Below are positions 58,733 through 64,000 of a stretch of DNA of 64,000 nt, piece by piece. Origin of the DNA: Macrostomum lignano (taxonomy: Eukaryota); NCBI GenBank assembly GCA_002269645.1, contig NIVC01001502.1, forward strand, positions 1 to 64,000. Direction: 5' to 3'. The first letter of the stretch is position 1. Every line of letters begins with the position of its first letter. The notes under the pieces are model-generated. The model worked only from the letters and a program-made list of their open reading frames with translations, was not told where the DNA came from and did not search any database. Position numbers and translations under genes: made by a program.

Positions 58733-59690
58733 ATGAAATCTGACGAAATCGGGGTCTTGCGCGCTGTGGTGCAAATGCCTGGTAGGTATCCCACCGCTGC
58801 TTTAAGCGGAAGCTTTCTTGGTTGCGTAGGTAAGTGCTGCCACCAGTCCCTTCGGGTCAAGGACAACTTAAGTACTTAAAGTTACTCAAGTAATCTACTT
58901 AAGTTGTCCTTGTGTTAGCCTCAGAGCAGGTCCAGGTTGAGAACTGAGTCAGGACAATGGAAGTTTATTCAATTAAGGAACTCAATTGGATCTCGTGAGT
59001 CTTCATCCGAGAAGGACATCAAGGACAATGATCTAAGATTTTTTAACTTTTCTATCTTTCACTTTCTTGGAGAACAGTGATACTGACGAGGATTAATTGT
59101 CGGAGGCACCAGGTGATTTTTTTCAAAGCAGAAAGAAGCGAGGAATCAACTACCTCGTACTCTAAGGACCTTCAAGAAGGCGCTGAGTAAAGAAGTGCCG
59201 CTGCCGAAGGAATACACAAATCAGCATCCGCGGTGAGTTAGTGGGTCGATGAAAGTATATGTGACTTTCCCGATGTGTTTGCATGATTGAAAATAATTTG
59301 AATTTCCCTGGTCTTGTTTCCTGCTCCGTTCTAGACTAGAGTTAGCAGAGTGTGCGATCTGGAATCGGAAGGGCATTCAATGAGCATGGCTATTACGGAT
59401 CAAAAGTCCGAGGGCACTGTCCGGCGCTACCTGGCGATGAAACGGGACAGTCCTTGCAAAAATGCAGTGTCGCTTGCTCTGAGCATGGGGAGAAAACGCA
59501 CAGACCCACGCGGTCATGTAACAATGCACCGACATCAGCGCATCCAGAGCTCCATCGCGCAAGAAAAGGTGAAACATGTAATGTGGCTGATGGTCGGGAG
59601 ACGAACGGCCGGAGTATCTTCACAATAAAAATTGTACTCTCAACAATTGCCAACTGTAATAAAGGAGGATGGTACCTGTGACAATTCTGC
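58733..59690 (+). pseudogene. Possible decayed multi-exon gene with a TSP1-like fragment
   Basis: ATG at 58733, consensus donors at 58830, ~58995 and 59233, acceptors at ~58918, 59076 and ~59340. Multiple stops; one frame reads KCSVACSEHGEKTHRPTRSCNN. Confidence 0.25.
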
Positions 59691-61676
59691 TGTACATGGA
59701 GACTAATTTTCACCATTTAATACGAACGAGTATACTATTGTGTTTATTCTTTCTTGTTCGCGTTGTTTCAAGAAAGAATTAACCCATTTTTCTGTTTTAA
59801 AAATAACCCATTGTTATCGCGAGATGAACACCATTATCCAGAGGTTTCAATTAAGTGAAGAAATATATTGAGTGTGGATCAGGTTTGACCATAGACACTT
59901 TCATTATCAGAAAGGCTGATTTTTGACAATGGGAGAAGGGCCATTGCAGAACTGAGAAACTGTATTTACTGGCGAGACAAAACTAAAGCAAAACGAAACG
60001 AACTGTACTGAACTGATTCGAGCTCCTTGACTAAATCAAGGCATGAGGGGGCTCGCATATTATATAGGCAGGAATTAAAACTCTTGTCTAAAGCCATGAT
60101 CCGGTCGAATGTAGCGTATTTGCACTTGTAATACTGTACACAAAGCTAACTCACCTTTTCGCTAGTGATAAACAGTTCATTTTTTGTCAGTTGAATTTAA
60201 CTTTCCATCTAACAGCTTAGTTAATTAATTGATAATAGTTACGAAAATTTTACGTAGGTTAATTTTTTTAAACCACTTTGCCTTATTTGGCAAAAGCTTT
60301 TACGGGAAAATATCCTGTGGACAAATCTTGACGGGCATTTCGTCTTTGGTCAATTCTCATGGACCCCCTTTTTATAAAGATTCTACTATGACGGGTTAAA
60401 ACTTTTTATTCCTTTAACTCATTTTAACAACGTACATTTTTTAAACTTTTAGTTAATGTTTAAAAGCATTATAAACTTAGTTCTGTACAGATATAATTCT
60501 TTGTTTAAAATTACTATTAAACCTTGTCTGAATTGTTTATAAAGTGCTAAATATTTGTCGTTATGAGGCGGCACTGAACCGATCAGGCTGCAGTGGACCT
60601 GCCCTGAGTCGAGTAACATCAGGGCAGGTCTGACCTGGTCAGTCATCAGGTCAGACATGCCAGTTATACCACGAGAAGCACTTGCCTATGGCTATAAGTT
60701 CTAGGGTAACTCTCCTCTCCTCTAAGGCTTGTACTCCAAAATCTCTAAATAGGCATAAGAAACTAGGCAATGCCAATGATACAATGCCCCCAGTTTTTAT
60801 AACAATAATTGGAACTATTGACATTGTACTTTAGGGCCTACAGTCTATTTGTCCTAGGCCTACTAGGCCTAAGGCCTTGCCCTTATTATAGGATAGAGAA
60901 GAGGATGGCCTAGGTCTAGCTAATGGAATAAAATGTGCCATTGTGCCTTAGGCTTAGGCTAGGCCTAACTTGCTAAGGTCTAGTGGCCTAAGACTAAGTC
61001 TTATTGAATTGTTATAGGGCCTATTTTTAGGCCTATCAGTGCCCTACCTAACCTAAGGCTAGGCCTAAGCCAGACCTTTAGGGTTAAGCTTAAGGATTAA
61101 GCTCAACTGCTTAACAGAATAGCAAATAGACCCTAGGCCTAGGGGCCTATGAAAAAATTTTAACATTTTTCTATGCATAGCCTAGCCTAGGCCTATGCCT
61201 ATGTCGGCACTAGTGCAGTTTCATTTGCAAAATTATTTTTCTATTGAATTTGTGCCAGTTCCGATGATTGATAATGTTGATGACATTTTAACTCTTAACA
61301 TCATGGTCATGTCATTCAATGATATTTCACAAAATTATTTTTTATTTGAATTTGTGCCAGTGCTAAGGATTTGAATTGATGATTTGTGTGATAAAGATGC
61401 AGCAAAAAAGTCTACCTTATGACTTAGACCTATCTAGCCTATGGCCCAAAGGTGTGGTGTCTGATAATTGCTAAGTGGGTAAAAGGAATAGCAGAAAGCA
61501 TTTTTTACCATAGTATATTTTCTAAAGCAAAAAGTATATTTGAAATTCAAAGTTATATTTAAAAGTATATTTTACCACTTATAGCCTAAGATTTAAAATT
61601 ACCACTCAAAAAATAAAAAGTATTAGTTTAGCTAAATTCAATAGAAAAATAATTTTGTGCTAGGGGTGTTCCTGTA

Positions 61677-62368
61677 GGCTTCCAGACAGTCCAGTGACAA
61701 GATGAACTGGCAACAGACGATCTGGCAACAGTCAATCCAGTGACAGACAATCCGGCAACAGTCAATCCGGCGACAGTCAATCCGGCGACAAATGATCTGG
61801 CGACAGATATTAAATCAACATATATCAGGATATATATGGATCAGTTAAGCTATTATTTGTAGCTTTTTATTATTTTTTATTAATATTATTATTATTATTA
61901 TATATACTAATATTATCCATGCAGTATTTGTTACTTTAAATGCAGGTTACGTGTACGTGTTAAAAATAACATGTACAAGTTGCTGTGCGAATAGCAATTT
62001 TTTGGTTCTTTGACTCTTGAATATTGTCGCAAATACAATATATACAACAATATTGATCATAGTCATAGAAACTTGCTTTCCAAGCAGATTAAATTGATTG
62101 ATTGTCTTTGAAAATAACATATTGAAAATCAACAGCTATGTAGAGCTCTAAAAATATAACTGCAACAATTATAGTTTAATGTAATTGTTATTTAATTATT
62201 TAAGTATTAATAGGTAATAATAAAAAGCTAAAAATAATAGCTCAACTAATCCATATATATGCTGATATACGTTGATTTAATATCTGTCGCTGGATCGTCT
62301 GTCGCCGGATTGACTGTTGCCGGATCATCTGTCGCTGGATTGTCTTGTTGCCAGATTGACTGGATACC
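61677..62368. mobile_element. MITE with ~170-bp TIRs (GG...CC termini) built of atccggcgacag subrepeats; Merlin/Mutator-like non-autonomous element
   Basis: The left arm ...ggcgacagatattaaatcaacatatatcagg matches the reverse complement of the right arm. Perfect 8-bp flanking duplication ttcctgta (61669-76, 62369-76). Confidence 0.8.
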
Positions 62369-62440
62369 TTCCTGTAGGATACAAAATCCCACTGTTATGC
62401 CACCAAAATTGTAACAGTGGGTTTTCCTATACGATATGAG

Positions 62441-62670
62441 ATCTCACCGCTGCCACCAAGTTGTCAAAGGCCTTTCAGCTCTCTCTAGAAATCTCAACCA
62501 CTGACACTAAAGTTGTCAAAGGCGTAATTGCTCTCACTGAAATTATCCCATTGCTGCAACCAAGTTGTCAAAGGGCTGATTCTTCTGTCTCTTCAAATGA
62601 TTCCACAGCTGTCACTAAAGTTGTTAAAGGGCTAAACTCCTGTTTATAAATGTTGGTAGCTGCCACCAAG
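62441..62670. repeat. Degenerate ~52-56 bp tandem repeat (core aagttgtcaaagg), 4-5 copies
   Basis: Core at 62458, 62510, 62562, 62618. Confidence 0.65.
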
Positions 62671-64000
62671 ACTATTCTATTAATAAATTATGAGTTTATT
62701 AATCTTAGAATAAGTCTAAGAATATTTCTTAGAATAGGTCTGAGTATTTAGTCTGAGTATTATTCTTAGAAAACTATTAGCCCTGAAAGATTTTACTTCT
62801 GTTATTCCGGTAGTGTTTATTGTACTTTTGGCCTGAGTGGTCTATTGGCTATACTGGTATATGTATTCCATGTACTTTGCAAGTCCTTGGGTGTTACTGA
62901 GATCAGAGGGTCACAGCCTCCGGTTATTATTACACATATCACTTCAGATCTACTTCGTATACTCTTACTACTCAATACTACTGCTTCTTAATAGTATCTA
63001 CTGTATACGTTTCAGTCTATTTCACTCTTACTTTGTAAAAGGAATTAACACAGAAAACATTTTTTCAATTCTTATTTTCTCGGAACTCTTACTATTTGCT
63101 ATCAATCACTTATTGCGGAACCGCAATGCGCGAGGTTGGCCTCTCCTCCGCCAAAAACGCTTCTATTTATACTAAAATTTGCTACAGTTTTAAACAAAAA
63201 TGCATTAGCACAAAATATTATAGAAAATATGAGTATTAAAACAAAATATGTTTCTTAGTTTTGGTGTGAATTCAAATTGACTAAACGGTGACTATTTTAT
63301 AAAGAAATCGGGAAGGGCCTTGCACAATTTCATAAAGAAAACTATACTAGTGCCCTTATGTCAAATGGCACCAACCTATATTTATATTTTTCCTATCTAA
63401 AAAGCAGTTTTTTAGACCAAAATCCTAGGGGCTTATATTGTTTTAATTATACTCAACTAAAATAAGGGTAACTAACTAAAAAGGCAAAACCATTTTCAGG
63501 AAAGCATGTCAACCCTTAGTATACTTTTTTACAGCTAGCTTCGGTTCACAATCATTTTAATGGGCAACATACATTTGGGTGATTGTAAACCAAAGGTGAA
63601 ATATAAGGTGCTATGACAATCTTACTATCTTTTGAAATAAACAAAGTCAATTTGCCAACATTTGATTTCATTTCATTGGAAACTATGGATTTTATGTCTT
63701 ACAACTGTTTTTTGTGGTGATTATCACTATTTAAGGTGATTGTCACTGTTTGGGATAATTGTAAACCAAAGGAATGCCAAAATTTCTACCTAAAAGCTTA
63801 AAAATCTGTGTTTCTAACCCCAAGATTAAATCCCAGGATTGGCCAAATTCCAAGATTAAATCCTAGGATCCTGGGATCACAAAAAAATTAGGATTTTTTA
63901 ATCCCTAGTCGCAATGCAAAAAAAGATCATTTATTATTGCAACACTGGCCTAAATTTGAGACTAGGCATATATTCAATAATTTTTTTGATATACATTTGT

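Noticed and set aside
58787-58846. tRNA-Leu 3'-end-like words (atcccaccgctgc, gctgccacca; also 62445-62458)
   Set aside because: No cloverleaf or A/B boxes and no adjacent LTR CA end, so neither a tRNA gene nor a supportable PBS.
60630-60656. CTGATGA on minus (hammerhead core or snoRNA box C)
   Set aside because: No GAAA and cleavage triplet in hammerhead geometry, and no terminal stem for a C/D snoRNA.
62441-62670. CRISPR-like repeat-spacer appearance
   Set aside because: The repeats are degenerate, the spacers resemble each other, there are no cas genes and the context is eukaryotic; it is an old minisatellite.

Overview
Repeat-rich invertebrate (metazoan) genomic DNA with GT-AG introns; a Macrostomum-like flatworm is a guess, not shown by the sequence. 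Host genes: (1) a minus-strand secreted, basic protein built from at least 18 copies of a 4-Cys module I cannot assign to a named domain (12 exons, 12903 to 4211, continuing off the left edge), expanding by 2.52-kb tandem duplication; (2) a complete 7-exon Gs-alpha gene (15931-26680); (3) an ankyrin-repeat TRPA-like channel (34199-41367) with a Cys-rich S1-S2 loop; (4) an intronless DEG/ENaC subunit (46425-48215). Mobile DNA: a young Ty3/gypsy element with open pol, a tRNA-Leu PBS and a -1 frameshift signal; a full-length two-gene CACTA/EnSpm element (50036-58718) with a mariner in its intron, inserted beside a decayed gypsy fragment; a second mariner inside a satellite; MITEs; and an RTE-like SINE. 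About ten tandem arrays are present. Three single-base deletions in coding sequence look like long-read errors. No rRNA, tRNA gene or CRISPR array was found.
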